IMG/VR virus record: IMGVR_UViG_3300028549_003029
Coordinates: 91 to 64,090 of that record
Length of the DNA: 64,000 nt
Strand: one strand, 5' to 3'
From: a virus
The notes below the pieces were generated by a model. That model saw only the letters and a program-made list of their open reading frames with translations. It had not been told where the DNA came from and searched no databases. Shown here piece by piece: positions 27,589 through 37,036 of the stretch. The position numbers and the translations under genes were made by a program. Numbering within the stretch: the first letter of the stretch is position 1; the number at the start of each line of letters is the position of its first letter.

Positions 27589-28293
27589 TTAGCTTCCGCC
27601 GTATTCGTCGAACGTAGAGTTCTTGATAGCACTGTTGAACGCTACACCTCCACCGATCGCTCCGGTGACTCCGACGCCAACAACAGCATTCCCGAACTTT
27701 TTCTTTCGGCTATCAAATTTCGCCTTCTTTGCAGCAAGAGCGGCGTCTCTCTCGGCGGCAGCAGCAGATATTTTCGCAGCCTCTCTTTGAGCAGCAGTGC
27801 TGTAACCTTTTACACCAAGAGTCCCGCCTACTTCATGAAGGAGATTGTTAATGCCGCCAGTGATGCGATCATCTTTTACGGCAGCTTCTGCCGACCCTTT
27901 TACTTTATCAACTTCGTTGTAAAAGTTTTTAGCTTTTCCGAAAAGAGAGTCTCTACTGCCTTGGAGCTTTTTAAGATTGTTGTCGTGCCGAGCATATTGT
28001 TCAGTACCTTTTTCAAAAGCGTCTCTTGCTTGAGCGCGTTGTCCAATAAGCTCGTCGTAACGAGCGTTTCTCTTCTTGTTAGCACCCCAAATGCTTTTCA
28101 CGCCCTCAATCAACTCTTCTCCGGCACTTGTTTGCTTGATGTCATCGAATGTAGATTTTACGGCGTCTTTCAGATGGGCAGCAGTCTGTGTTCCGCCCAC
28201 GGCTTTACCGACTGCGTCGAACCCCTTTTTTGTGTATTCGCTAACAAGCTGGCCCCAGCCCGCATTCTTCTCTATCATGTGTCCACCTTCCAT
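27589..28293 (-). CDS. KxA-motif virion-type protein on the minus strand
   Basis: IEKNAG near the N-terminus, Gly-rich hydrophobic C-terminal segment; divergent from 28327. Confidence 0.65.
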   Translation of the reverse strand: MEGGHMIEKNAGWGQLVSEYTKKGFDAVGKAVGGTQTAAHLKDAVKSTFDDIKQTSAGEELIEGVKSIWGANKKRNARYDELIGQRAQARDAFEKGTEQYARHDNNLKKLQGSRDSLFGKAKNFYNEVDKVKGSAEAAVKDDRITGGINNLLHEVGGTLGVKGYSTAAQREAAKISAAAAERDAALAAKKAKFDSRKKKFGNAVVGVGVTGAIGGGVAFNSAIKNSTFDEYGGS

Positions 28294-28297
28294 TAGT

Positions 28298-28314
28298 TAT
28301 ATTTTAAAAATATA
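28298..28314. promoter_or_regulatory. A/T quasi-palindrome, candidate divergent phage-RNAP promoter
   Basis: tatattttaaaaatata reads TATATTTT on both strands between divergent genes. Confidence 0.4.
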
Positions 28315-28326
28315 TCTGGGAGGGAC

Positions 28327-29319
28327 ATGGTTCCGTTCAAACGTTTTATTATAGCCCATCTTTTTAGAGGTGATAGCGCACAGCAAGTTGTTGTGCGGTT
28401 AAACACGCTCGGCTACAGGGTTGTAGAAAGCGAAGTAATATCAATATTTAGAGATGTGAAAGAACTCCTTCCAGAATCGATCATGGACTATGTAAAGCTA
28501 GATAAGCCTGTGCCTTGTGAAGCAGGGTCTGCATGGTTCAAGCATTATGACATTCTTGATTACATGGAATTTCTTGAGCTCGGAAGCCATGCTGACAGGT
28601 TCAACTCAATACTATGGCCTCACACATATAGTGAGGTTGCAGTCATAATAAACACACTTCTTTACAACAATGAAGATCACAAAGTTATATCAAGCGTTCT
28701 TGACTACAAGTACCATCACAATATGAGTCAAATTGCAATTGAGTGGTACAAGAAAATATTCTGGGAGACATACGGAATCCAGGCTCAGGAGATTCTCAAG
28801 AGATTTAAGCCTTTCGAGAACAATACACTCGTGTTGTCTGAGGAGGGCCAGGAAGAGTCTGACGACAGATCGAGCATGGCAATAATCTTCAGAGACAACG
28901 AGTACATAAAGTGGAAGGTTGGCTACAATGTGAAGCCTCCAAAAGCTCGTGACTTCATGGACAAAGTGAAGGCTGATGCGTCGTTCATGTACGAGGAAGC
29001 CAAGACTATTGTTCAAAGCGTGAGCCGATCAATATCTCGAGGAACAGTCATAAACCCAGAGACCGGCGAGCCTATGGAGACAGAAGGGTTTAGTAAGTCA
29101 TTCAAGAACCTTCGCTCTGCACAGATGTCAAACATGAAAGCAGCTGTCGATCTTTACATCAAAGCTGACCGTGCAATACCTGAAGAAAGCGACAGCTCAG
29201 AGGTCGATCGCTTCTTTGAAAGAATTGAGCAGATGAACTTAACATACGACGTTAACGAAAGAGACAAAGTTGTCTCTGGAGAAGATGCAAAAAATATTTT
29301 ATCCGAACTTGTGAGGTAG
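28327..29319 (+). CDS. hypothetical protein upstream of terL (possible packaging/DNA-binding role)
   Basis: 330-aa ORF with SD; function not recognised. Confidence 0.7.
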   Translation: MVPFKRFIIAHLFRGDSAQQVVVRLNTLGYRVVESEVISIFRDVKELLPESIMDYVKLDKPVPCEAGSAWFKHYDILDYMEFLELGSHADRFNSILWPHTYSEVAVIINTLLYNNEDHKVISSVLDYKYHHNMSQIAIEWYKKIFWETYGIQAQEILKRFKPFENNTLVLSEEGQEESDDRSSMAIIFRDNEYIKWKVGYNVKPPKARDFMDKVKADASFMYEEAKTIVQSVSRSISRGTVINPETGEPMETEGFSKSFKNLRSAQMSNMKAAVDLYIKADRAIPEESDSSEVDRFFERIEQMNLTYDVNERDKVVSGEDAKNILSELVR

Positions 29320-29323
29320 AAAA

Positions 29324-29572
29324 ATGTATCATTCGATTGCCCTTGAGAAAATCGCTTCGAGCGGATCGGCAATGCTTCTTGCAGCTGTAGAAAAAGACCA
29401 CAGTCTTATATCAAGAGCTAAAAAAATGGCTTCAGCTTCTGTAATGCGAAGATTGAAGCAGGATGGCGCCGGTGACATGGTTAACGCTGGGAAGCGATTG
29501 ACTGACATAATGGACACAAGAAACTCCATCAACCGCCTTTCAGCAAACATTTTAAATGGAACTATTAAATAG
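29324..29572 (+). CDS. small KxA-motif protein
   Basis: MYHSIALEKIASSG. Confidence 0.6.
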   Translation: MYHSIALEKIASSGSAMLLAAVEKDHSLISRAKKMASASVMRRLKQDGAGDMVNAGKRLTDIMDTRNSINRLSANILNGTIK

Positions 29573-29580
29573 GAGTTGTT

Positions 29581-30327
29581 ATGAATCAGTATTACGAGGC
29601 GGCGTACATTAACGCTCTTGAGAAAATTGCTGAAGATGGCGAAGGGTTCAACCCTATGCCACTTGTAGGAGTTGGTCTTGCTGGCGCAGGTGGATACGCC
29701 GCTTACAAGCACTTTAAGCCAGGTGCTGCTGTACCAGTTGCTGAAGTTGCTAAAGCTGCGCCTAGAATCTCAGGAAAAGCTGGAGCAATAGCCGCAGGAG
29801 TTACCGGAGTTGCAGGAATCGGAGCTATTGCTGCAAGAGCGATTATGAAGTCGAGAGCTGCATCTAAAGCAGCTACAAGAGGAACTGCAAGACAGGACAT
29901 AATGGCTACCGCAAGAAGCGGAGCACAGGCTCCATCTGTTGTGAAGTCATTTGACGTAGCTGAACAGGTTAGAACAGGTACAAGAGACAAGATCATGTCA
30001 ATGGCTAAGGCAACACTTGGCCAGCCTGGTGTCGTTAGATCATTTGACAAAGCTCCAGTATCACAAAAGGCTGTTGAAATTGTAAAAGCAAGATCAAATG
30101 CAACTGCTCAAGCAGCTGCTGCAAACAAGTCTGTCGATTACGCTAAGTACCTTCGCGGACTCCACGCTGATGGCGCTGTTGAACCTGCAACCCTTAAGAG
30201 ATTTAGCGATGAAGCTATCGATAATGTTCGTGGATACAATGCAGCTCGAATGAGTTCTGCAAACGTAAAAGAAAGATTCCGTGGAGCAGACGCTGTACAG
30301 AGATTTGAAAATAAGATGGGAGCTTAA
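29581..30327 (+). CDS. MNQYY-leader Ala/Gly-rich probable virion protein
   Basis: MNQYYEAAYINALEKIAED followed by GxxxG hydrophobic segments. Confidence 0.75.
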   Translation: MNQYYEAAYINALEKIAEDGEGFNPMPLVGVGLAGAGGYAAYKHFKPGAAVPVAEVAKAAPRISGKAGAIAAGVTGVAGIGAIAARAIMKSRAASKAATRGTARQDIMATARSGAQAPSVVKSFDVAEQVRTGTRDKIMSMAKATLGQPGVVRSFDKAPVSQKAVEIVKARSNATAQAAAANKSVDYAKYLRGLHADGAVEPATLKRFSDEAIDNVRGYNAARMSSANVKERFRGADAVQRFENKMGA

Positions 30328-30328
30328 A

Positions 30329-30730
30329 ATGAATCAGTATTACGAAGCTGCGTATATCAATACGCTTGAAAAAATTGCATCTGAAGGTGGAAACAACACC
30401 GCAGTAGGTCTTGGTCTTACAGGTCTTGGCCTTGCAGGCGCAGGTGCAGGAGTTTACGCTTACAATCGCAACAAAGCTGCTACAGTAGCCCCTGAAATCG
30501 TTCAGGAAGTTGCTGAAGCTATCAAAGCGAACAAAATGGGTACCGCTGGTAAAGCCGGACTCGCTGCTGCTGGTCTTGCCGGCCTTGCAGGACTTTGGTA
30601 TGCCGGAGTAAAATCAATGGGCGCAAAAGGGATGGCTGAAGCTGCTAAGATGGATGGGATTTCAAAAATCATCAAAAAAGTAGAATCTGACTTTATGTCG
30701 AAAACTCACTCGAACATTAAGCCGCATTAA
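30329..30730 (+). CDS. MNQYY-leader Ala/Gly-rich probable virion protein
   Basis: MNQYYEAAYINTLEKIASEG; two hydrophobic segments; start at ATG 30329. Confidence 0.75.
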   Translation: MNQYYEAAYINTLEKIASEGGNNTAVGLGLTGLGLAGAGAGVYAYNRNKAATVAPEIVQEVAEAIKANKMGTAGKAGLAAAGLAGLAGLWYAGVKSMGAKGMAEAAKMDGISKIIKKVESDFMSKTHSNIKPH

Positions 30731-30737
30731 TCAAAAA

Positions 30738-30763
30738 CTCCCGTCAGAGTTTTCTGGCGGGAG
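30738..30763. terminator. intergenic hairpin
   Basis: ctcccgtcag/ctggcgggag stem. Confidence 0.55.
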
Positions 30764-30780
30764 ATATATTCGGAGGAACA

Positions 30781-31002
30781 ATGAATCAGTTTTATGTTGC
30801 TGCATACGAAAGAACTATCGAAAAGATTGCTTCTGGAGAGATGACTAAAGAAGCCGGACTTCCTGAGATTACTGCAAAAGTACTTGCAAGCGTAAGATCT
30901 CATGCGAACAAGGTTACAAGCCCAGCAAAAGAAAAGAGCCTTATTGAGATGATCGCAAGATCAGGAGATTTCATGGGGACTCTAGGTAAAAGAGGACACT
31001 AA
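30781..31002 (+). CDS. small MNQFY-leader protein
   Basis: MNQFYVAAYERTIEKIASGEMTKEAG; GGAGG SD. Confidence 0.7.
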   Translation: MNQFYVAAYERTIEKIASGEMTKEAGLPEITAKVLASVRSHANKVTSPAKEKSLIEMIARSGDFMGTLGKRGH

Positions 31003-32691
31003 GTGAAAATTACCCCGTTCGATGTAGCTCAGTTACTTTTCTATCTCGACGGGTCTCCTCTTGAAATGCCAAGAGAGAAGATGCGACACCTCGTACCTAT
31101 TTATGACGCTCCGGACAATGAGATGCTTCTCATGTTCGGTCGTCAAACTCACAAATCAACTACAGTTGGTTTCAAGCTTGTAACACCAGGCTTGATGATT
31201 CCAAGTTACAGATCTCTTTATGTTGCTCCAACGATGCAGCAGGTTTCTGTATTCTCAACAGACAAGCTTGACGGAACCCTTAGGGAATCTCCGATCATCA
31301 AGCAGATGTTCCTAAGCAATAAAATCGCAAGCCAAGTTTTCTACAAAGAGCTTCGTAACGGTTCGAAAATCTACCTTCGATCCGCTTATAGAAACGCTGA
31401 CTCAATTCGAGGTATCTCAGCTGACCAAGTCTTCTTTGACGAGGTTCAAGATATTATGCGTGACAACATCCCTGTTATCCAGCAGTGTATGGGTCACTCA
31501 ATGGAGCATGGAGAAGCTCTTCGTAGAAAATTCCCGAACATCCCGGTCTCGCTGTTCAGAAGAACTTTGTACGCCGGAACCCCGAAGACAATGGAGAACA
31601 CTCTTACCGGACTGTGGAACAAGAGTTCGCAGAATGAGTTCGTTGTCAAGTGCGAGTATTGCAACAAGCATAACTACATCGATGAGCAGAATATTGGTGC
31701 AACTGGAGCAATCTGTAGAGTCTGCGGGAAGCCTATTTGGTACCATAACGGTCAATGGGTTGCTACAAAATTCGACATGCCTATCAATGGGTTCAGACTT
31801 CCTCAAATCATTCTTCCTTGGATCAACAATCCAAAGAGACCCGATGCTTGGAAGGTGAACGTAATCAACACTCAGATGCTTTACAGTGTCGAGAAGTATT
31901 ACAACGAAATCCTCGCTCTTCCGTATGCTAATGCTCGCCACCCAATCAATGAAGAACACATTGTATCATGCTGTGTTCCTGACCTGACATGTGCAAGGGA
32001 AGATACTGGACTTGCAAGTATTGGCATTAAGCCTGGAGCGGTAACTTGCGTTGCCGGAATCGACTGGGGTAAAGGAGATACCGCATCTGGAACATCTTAC
32101 TCAGTGATATCAATAGGTGCATTCATCAATGGTAAATTCACTACGATATTCATGAAAAGATACACAGGTCGCCAAAACTCAGAGGCGCTGTACCAATTGC
32201 AAGATATGATCACTTTGATCAAAAGGTTCAATTGTAAACTTGTCATTGCCGACACCGGTGACGGAAGAACATCGAATGCTCACCTTGTTAAAGCTCTTGG
32301 TCCACAAAGGTTCACGGAGATCTACGAGAATGGCGTTCAGAAGACTTTGATCAAATGGTCAACTGATGGTAAATATGTGATCTCAAGAACTCAGATGATG
32401 ACCAATCTTTTTATGGAGATCCAGCGCCAACAAGTGAGATTCTTCAGATTCGATGAGTTCAAAAACTTCATGCCTGACTTCACAGGTATCTACACAGAGT
32501 ACAGCGATCGAACTCGATTGACTATGTACGACCATAATATCCCTGACGATGCATTTCATGCCTATATGTACTCTCGTATCGCATCAGGTATATTAAGAGG
32601 AGAATTTGACCGAATGCTCGGTGGCGGCGAACAGTCTAACGAGCCGGAAATCGACTTTGGTAATTACAATGTAAACGAGGGATTCCTCTGA
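31003..32691 (+). CDS. terL: terminase large subunit
   Basis: GRQTHKST (Walker A), VFFDEVQD (Walker B), YAGTP, CEYC/CRVC Zn knuckle, AGIDWG nuclease Asp, DDAFHA. Confidence 0.9.
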   Translation: MKITPFDVAQLLFYLDGSPLEMPREKMRHLVPIYDAPDNEMLLMFGRQTHKSTTVGFKLVTPGLMIPSYRSLYVAPTMQQVSVFSTDKLDGTLRESPIIKQMFLSNKIASQVFYKELRNGSKIYLRSAYRNADSIRGISADQVFFDEVQDIMRDNIPVIQQCMGHSMEHGEALRRKFPNIPVSLFRRTLYAGTPKTMENTLTGLWNKSSQNEFVVKCEYCNKHNYIDEQNIGATGAICRVCGKPIWYHNGQWVATKFDMPINGFRLPQIILPWINNPKRPDAWKVNVINTQMLYSVEKYYNEILALPYANARHPINEEHIVSCCVPDLTCAREDTGLASIGIKPGAVTCVAGIDWGKGDTASGTSYSVISIGAFINGKFTTIFMKRYTGRQNSEALYQLQDMITLIKRFNCKLVIADTGDGRTSNAHLVKALGPQRFTEIYENGVQKTLIKWSTDGKYVISRTQMMTNLFMEIQRQQVRFFRFDEFKNFMPDFTGIYTEYSDRTRLTMYDHNIPDDAFHAYMYSRIASGILRGEFDRMLGGGEQSNEPEIDFGNYNVNEGFL

Positions 32692-33632
32692 TGTTCATAA
32701 AAGAAGCTGCTGAAACCATTCTTGAAAAAATTGCATCGAGCAGAGCATCGAGGGAATTCTGGAAGCTTTCAGATGTTGCAAGGTCTAAGATACTTGAGTC
32801 TGGAGCTTTAAAAGACAGAAGATCGTATTCAAAAGGTATCGAGCTCGGAAATAAAAACATTATTAAAAAGATGGGTATAAAAGAATCTATCACAAGCAAC
32901 CCGACCTCATACAATGTAGAGAACAGGGTTATCAATACTGAAGCTAATTCAAAAGATGGTCTTGAAAGAGCTGTTTCAAGAAGGCATGAGATATTCGAAG
33001 CTATTGAGAATGACCGAATCTCAAAAGGTAGATACAAAGGCGGAACCGTAGGCAGCAGTTCAGCAAAAGGCGGTTACATTGCTTATGGAAGACAGCCTAT
33101 GACTAAGGGCGATCACTTAGAGCTTATGAAGCTAAGAAAAAATGTCAACGAGTCTGAATTTAGCTATGACCTCAAGTCTTCTGTAGCGAACAAAGTTATT
33201 AATAAGAACCGCGACGACCTGTATGGCAAAGTCGAATCATTGCTTGACAATACAAGTGAAGCAGGAGAAGAGGCGTACCAAAAGATACTCTCAATAAAGA
33301 AAGTTGCACCAATAGGAGCAGCAGCTTATAGTCACGCAAACTTTGGCGTTCTCGCCAGGGAGTCAAATCTGGTCAACAGATTGCCACACAGTTCAAGTCT
33401 TCATGAGTACCGGACTTCTGGGCCGGTGTCAGAGGCTGGAATTGTAAAATCATTGTTTGGCGGCGCAGAGTACAGAAGAGACAGAATAAAAAATATTGAT
33501 AAGCACCTGAAAAGAAAAGTTGACCATGGTAACATCCATAAAGATTTGACTGCTGGGTCTAAAAAATATGTTGGAGACAATGGCGAGCGAGTTGTCAGTG
33601 TTGAGCCAACTAACGTATTTACATCATTTTAG
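32691..33632 (+). CDS. HExxE-family paralog B
   Basis: MFIKEAA...LEKIAS, EFWKL, HEIFE, SHANFGVLARESNL. Confidence 0.75.
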   Translation: MFIKEAAETILEKIASSRASREFWKLSDVARSKILESGALKDRRSYSKGIELGNKNIIKKMGIKESITSNPTSYNVENRVINTEANSKDGLERAVSRRHEIFEAIENDRISKGRYKGGTVGSSSAKGGYIAYGRQPMTKGDHLELMKLRKNVNESEFSYDLKSSVANKVINKNRDDLYGKVESLLDNTSEAGEEAYQKILSIKKVAPIGAAAYSHANFGVLARESNLVNRLPHSSSLHEYRTSGPVSEAGIVKSLFGGAEYRRDRIKNIDKHLKRKVDHGNIHKDLTAGSKKYVGDNGERVVSVEPTNVFTSF

Positions 33633-33642
33633 TAGGTATAAG

Positions 33643-34617
33643 ATGTTCATAAAAGAAGCTGCAAGCAAAATACAAAAGATGCTTTCAACACTATCTCCTG
33701 AAGATATAAACAGATGGATAAGGTCAGGAGCCGAAGGAGGGGTTAGATCTAAGTCTACTCTTGCAACAGGCCAATCAAAAGGGTTGCAAGAACTGTATCG
33801 CAAACGCGGCATAAAAGTAAATCACATAGAAGGCGGAGCGTTAAAGTCTCGCGCGGATGCCGGTGGAATACACATCTCACCTTCGTCAAATAAAAAAGAC
33901 AGGCTTTTGAAAAACCTTATAAAATTCCATGAGGTTGATGAAGTTACAGCCTTGTCAAAAGGGGTAGAAAAAACCCCGTTTGTGACAGCGAATCCTGGCT
34001 CGATAGATTATGCGATATCATCCATGAAGTCAGACAAGATTCAAACAAGAACAAGAGCGGTAAGAGATGCTTACTTCAATGCTAAGTTGACAGGTGCCTC
34101 TCAAGATGATTTAAAGAGAGTTGTCTCTAAAGCTAAGTCTGACTCGAAAAAATCAATGAGACACTTGTTTGGTGAAGGACAAACTTTCCTTTCAGATGCG
34201 TCAATGTCTCACCTGAGTACAAGAGTCCTGACAAATGAAGCGAGGAATATCAACAACATTGGGATACATGCACTGTCATTTAATAAGTCGAGTCTTGGAA
34301 GAATGCTTAAGAAGTCAAGGTTAGATGAGTACAGTGCGATCGGGATTGATCGACCTATAACGACAAGAGCAGAGTCAGTTGCAGCATCAAAGGTTAAGCC
34401 TTATGCAGAATACTCTGGCACGAAATTCTACGGGAACACGTATGGCGGACAACTCGGCGGAAACGTATTGAAGACATATATCGGAAGTTCGATACCCGCC
34501 AGAATTGGCCACAATAACAATGTGAGAGCCGATGCATTTTTAAAAAAGATTGATTACCCAAATCTTAGTGCAATCATAGACAAACATTACAACAAGAGAC
34601 TTGTTAAAGAGGTGTAA
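33643..34617 (+). CDS. HExxE-family paralog C
   Basis: MFIKEAAS start at 33643, HEVDE, SHLSTRVLTNEARN. Confidence 0.7.
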   Translation: MFIKEAASKIQKMLSTLSPEDINRWIRSGAEGGVRSKSTLATGQSKGLQELYRKRGIKVNHIEGGALKSRADAGGIHISPSSNKKDRLLKNLIKFHEVDEVTALSKGVEKTPFVTANPGSIDYAISSMKSDKIQTRTRAVRDAYFNAKLTGASQDDLKRVVSKAKSDSKKSMRHLFGEGQTFLSDASMSHLSTRVLTNEARNINNIGIHALSFNKSSLGRMLKKSRLDEYSAIGIDRPITTRAESVAASKVKPYAEYSGTKFYGNTYGGQLGGNVLKTYIGSSIPARIGHNNNVRADAFLKKIDYPNLSAIIDKHYNKRLVKEV

Positions 34618-34618
34618 A

Positions 34619-35098
34619 ATGTCGCTATTTGATAACGAAAAAGAACCGCTTCCTAGCCCTGAAGATGCGCTTCAGTCAGCTATAAACGATGCAAAGTCAG
34701 AACACTTAAGTGGTGGAAGCAGAATTGCACAAAGAAATGCTCTTACAGCAAGAACAAAGGGGATTGTAAACGTGAATAAAAACACAGAGAAAATTGCGTA
34801 TGATGAAACTGGGGTCAGCCCTATTGTTATGGCCGGTGGAGCTGGGTTAATTGGGGCTGGTGGGGTTGCAGCTTACTCTAATCACATGAAGCAAAAAGCT
34901 GCTAAAGCTGCTGCTGCTGCTGAACTACTCAAGGTTACAAGAATCAGAAATGGTGCGATCGCTGGAGCTGCATTGGGCGGAACTGCTTTGACTGCAAATG
35001 CAATTAGAAATGCTGTCAGAAACAGAGGTCATCTTAAAGGTGTTGCTCTCGATGCTTATAACAAAGCGGCTGTCGAGAACAGAATGTACCACATTTAA
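34619..35098 (+). CDS. KxA-motif Gly/Ala-rich probable virion protein
   Basis: TEKIAYD followed by two GxxxG hydrophobic segments. Confidence 0.65.
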   Translation: MSLFDNEKEPLPSPEDALQSAINDAKSEHLSGGSRIAQRNALTARTKGIVNVNKNTEKIAYDETGVSPIVMAGGAGLIGAGGVAAYSNHMKQKAAKAAAAAELLKVTRIRNGAIAGAALGGTALTANAIRNAVRNRGHLKGVALDAYNKAAVENRMYHI

Positions 35099-35101
35099 GA
35101 T

Positions 35102-35130
35102 AGGCGGGATTTCTCCCGCCTTTATTTTTT
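35102..35130. terminator. intrinsic terminator
   Basis: aggcggga/tcccgcct followed by a T-tract. Confidence 0.75.
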
Positions 35131-35494
35131 AGAGTCTTTGCCCGTTGAGATCAACCAGAGTGTTGCTACCGCAGGTTACCAGGTTCCCACCGCCGTGGCG
35201 AGATCCGCAGAACTCAAGAATAGCCTTGATTTCATCTTCAAAAATGCTCTCATACTCTTCTACAGAATGCTGTCCTTCATCAAGACTTGCGGCCCGGAAT
35301 GCTGCTATCATTACATTTTTAGATTCTGTGTAAGCGTCGAACTCTAGGCCATCTTCTTTTTCACTATTACGCTTCATTGCAATGATAGTATCGACGACAC
35401 CCATTTTGAAAATGTCTTTTACCATTTCTCTTTTATCGCCTGCGTATCCTTTGATTGCTTTTTCAACCATTGCTTTTACTTCATCATAAATCAT
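35129..35494 (-). CDS. isolated antisense hypothetical gene
   Basis: 121 aa, AGGAGG SD, inserted in the plus-strand block. Confidence 0.65.
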   Translation of the reverse strand: MIYDEVKAMVEKAIKGYAGDKREMVKDIFKMGVVDTIIAMKRNSEKEDGLEFDAYTESKNVMIAAFRAASLDEGQHSVEEYESIFEDEIKAILEFCGSRHGGGNLVTCGSNTLVDLNGQRL

Positions 35495-35545
35495 GGGATC
35501 CTCCTATTGTTTGCAGTAATATATTTTAATGAAGGAGGATATACA

Positions 35546-36331
35546 ATGAAAGAGACTATTGATAAAATTGCCTATGCAGTATCGTCATTATTTATTAATG
35601 GCAAAATCAATCTCAATGACTCTATTAGGCTGAGTTTTCAGCAGGGTCTTATTGAGAATCAAGAGGTCCTTAAGAGAGTTTGCGAAGAGGCAAACAAGCA
35701 AGTTTACCTTGCTCTCTTTCATGGATCCGAAGATAAAAGTAACATCAATTTCGACCTTGCGTCGCCGGAGAAAGTTATGTCAACACCAAATTCAACTTTG
35801 GACTACCAGAAGGCTCCGGCAAATTTTAACGCCAGTGTCGTACCGGTGGCTACCGAGATGTCAAAGGTTGCAAGCGATGACGAATATCGCGTTGCTGTTA
35901 GCGGGATGGCTGACCAAGCTCGTCGTTTTGCTTACTACACAAACAGCGAAAAACTCGCAAGTTATCAGCGTGCTGAAAAGCTCATGGATAAAGTTGCTTC
36001 GCTTGCAGAATCTATGGCTATTGTAGACCATGACTCTGCATTTGACATCTGTAAAATCGCTTCAGATGTTTTCATGGAAGAGACCGGAAGTCCGGTGGTA
36101 TCCCTTGGAATCGTAAGCCATATCTCTGAGCATCTCGAGAAAAAAGCTTCTGAAGGTCACAAAATCGAAACAATGGCAACGAAGCTTGCAAGCTCATATC
36201 AGCTCAATGATAATGACCCGTTCGTAACTGGCCTTAGAAAACTTGCACAGGAAATTATATTGACAAGCGCATTTAATGACATTGAAGGCTCGTATAACCA
36301 GCTTTCAAAGGGAATCGCAAATGCCAAGTAA
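35546..36331 (+). CDS. KxA-rich probable head protein
   Basis: AAGGAGG SD before ATG 35546; DKIAY, SKVASD, DKVASL, CKIASD, EKKASE, TKLASS. Confidence 0.75.
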   Translation: MKETIDKIAYAVSSLFINGKINLNDSIRLSFQQGLIENQEVLKRVCEEANKQVYLALFHGSEDKSNINFDLASPEKVMSTPNSTLDYQKAPANFNASVVPVATEMSKVASDDEYRVAVSGMADQARRFAYYTNSEKLASYQRAEKLMDKVASLAESMAIVDHDSAFDICKIASDVFMEETGSPVVSLGIVSHISEHLEKKASEGHKIETMATKLASSYQLNDNDPFVTGLRKLAQEIILTSAFNDIEGSYNQLSKGIANAK

Positions 36332-37028
36332 TTTCGACAGGGCGTCCAAGATAGTTAGAGGGCTCGATGAGTCCTTTAATGGGTACGTTAGCAAGATCCG
36401 CGGAACTCCTGAAAAAGTGGTTGAAAAGGTCAAGCCTGTCAGGAATAAGTCGGTGGCAAAAGCTGTCGTTAAAGGTGCTATTTCTGGAACTACAGGAATG
36501 CTCGAATCTGGATCCGGTCTCCTTGGGGCTGGCGGAGAAATCTTGGGTCACATTGGCAATGGTGTAACTCAGATCGGTAGAGCTGTTAGAAGCGGCCTTG
36601 GTCCCGCTGGAAACACGGTTGGAGAAAAGGTCTGGGGAGCAACAGTTAAGACAGGTGTTGTCGGAGGAGCTATTGCAACAGGGTTAAGTCTTTCAGGTGG
36701 GATGAATAGCCTTGTTTCAAGGTACTACGTCTCTCCTACATATAGGAACCAGGTCAGAAATCAAGTCATAAAGAATGAGCGCCCATTTGAAACTCTTTCT
36801 GCCGAAGACAAAGCCATGCTTAACAAGACGGCTAGTCTAGGCTCTATGGTTGGCGGAGCTGTTGGCCCTGCTCTTACATTCGCATTTATCCCTGGTGATA
36901 AGAAGGCGATTGCAGGGAAGTTGTCGGCAACTAAGCTTACAAATGGCGGAAGACCTTTGCCTTCCAATCTCAATCCGGCAGAGAAGATGAACAGTTTTAC
37001 AAACAGCGGAAGCAACAACTTTTTTTAG
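36321..37028 (+). CDS. Gly/Ala-rich probable virion protein
   Basis: ATG at 36321; NKTASLG; hydrophobic segments. Confidence 0.65.
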   Translation: MPSNFDRASKIVRGLDESFNGYVSKIRGTPEKVVEKVKPVRNKSVAKAVVKGAISGTTGMLESGSGLLGAGGEILGHIGNGVTQIGRAVRSGLGPAGNTVGEKVWGATVKTGVVGGAIATGLSLSGGMNSLVSRYYVSPTYRNQVRNQVIKNERPFETLSAEDKAMLNKTASLGSMVGGAVGPALTFAFIPGDKKAIAGKLSATKLTNGGRPLPSNLNPAEKMNSFTNSGSNNFF

Positions 37029-37036
37029 GAGAATAT

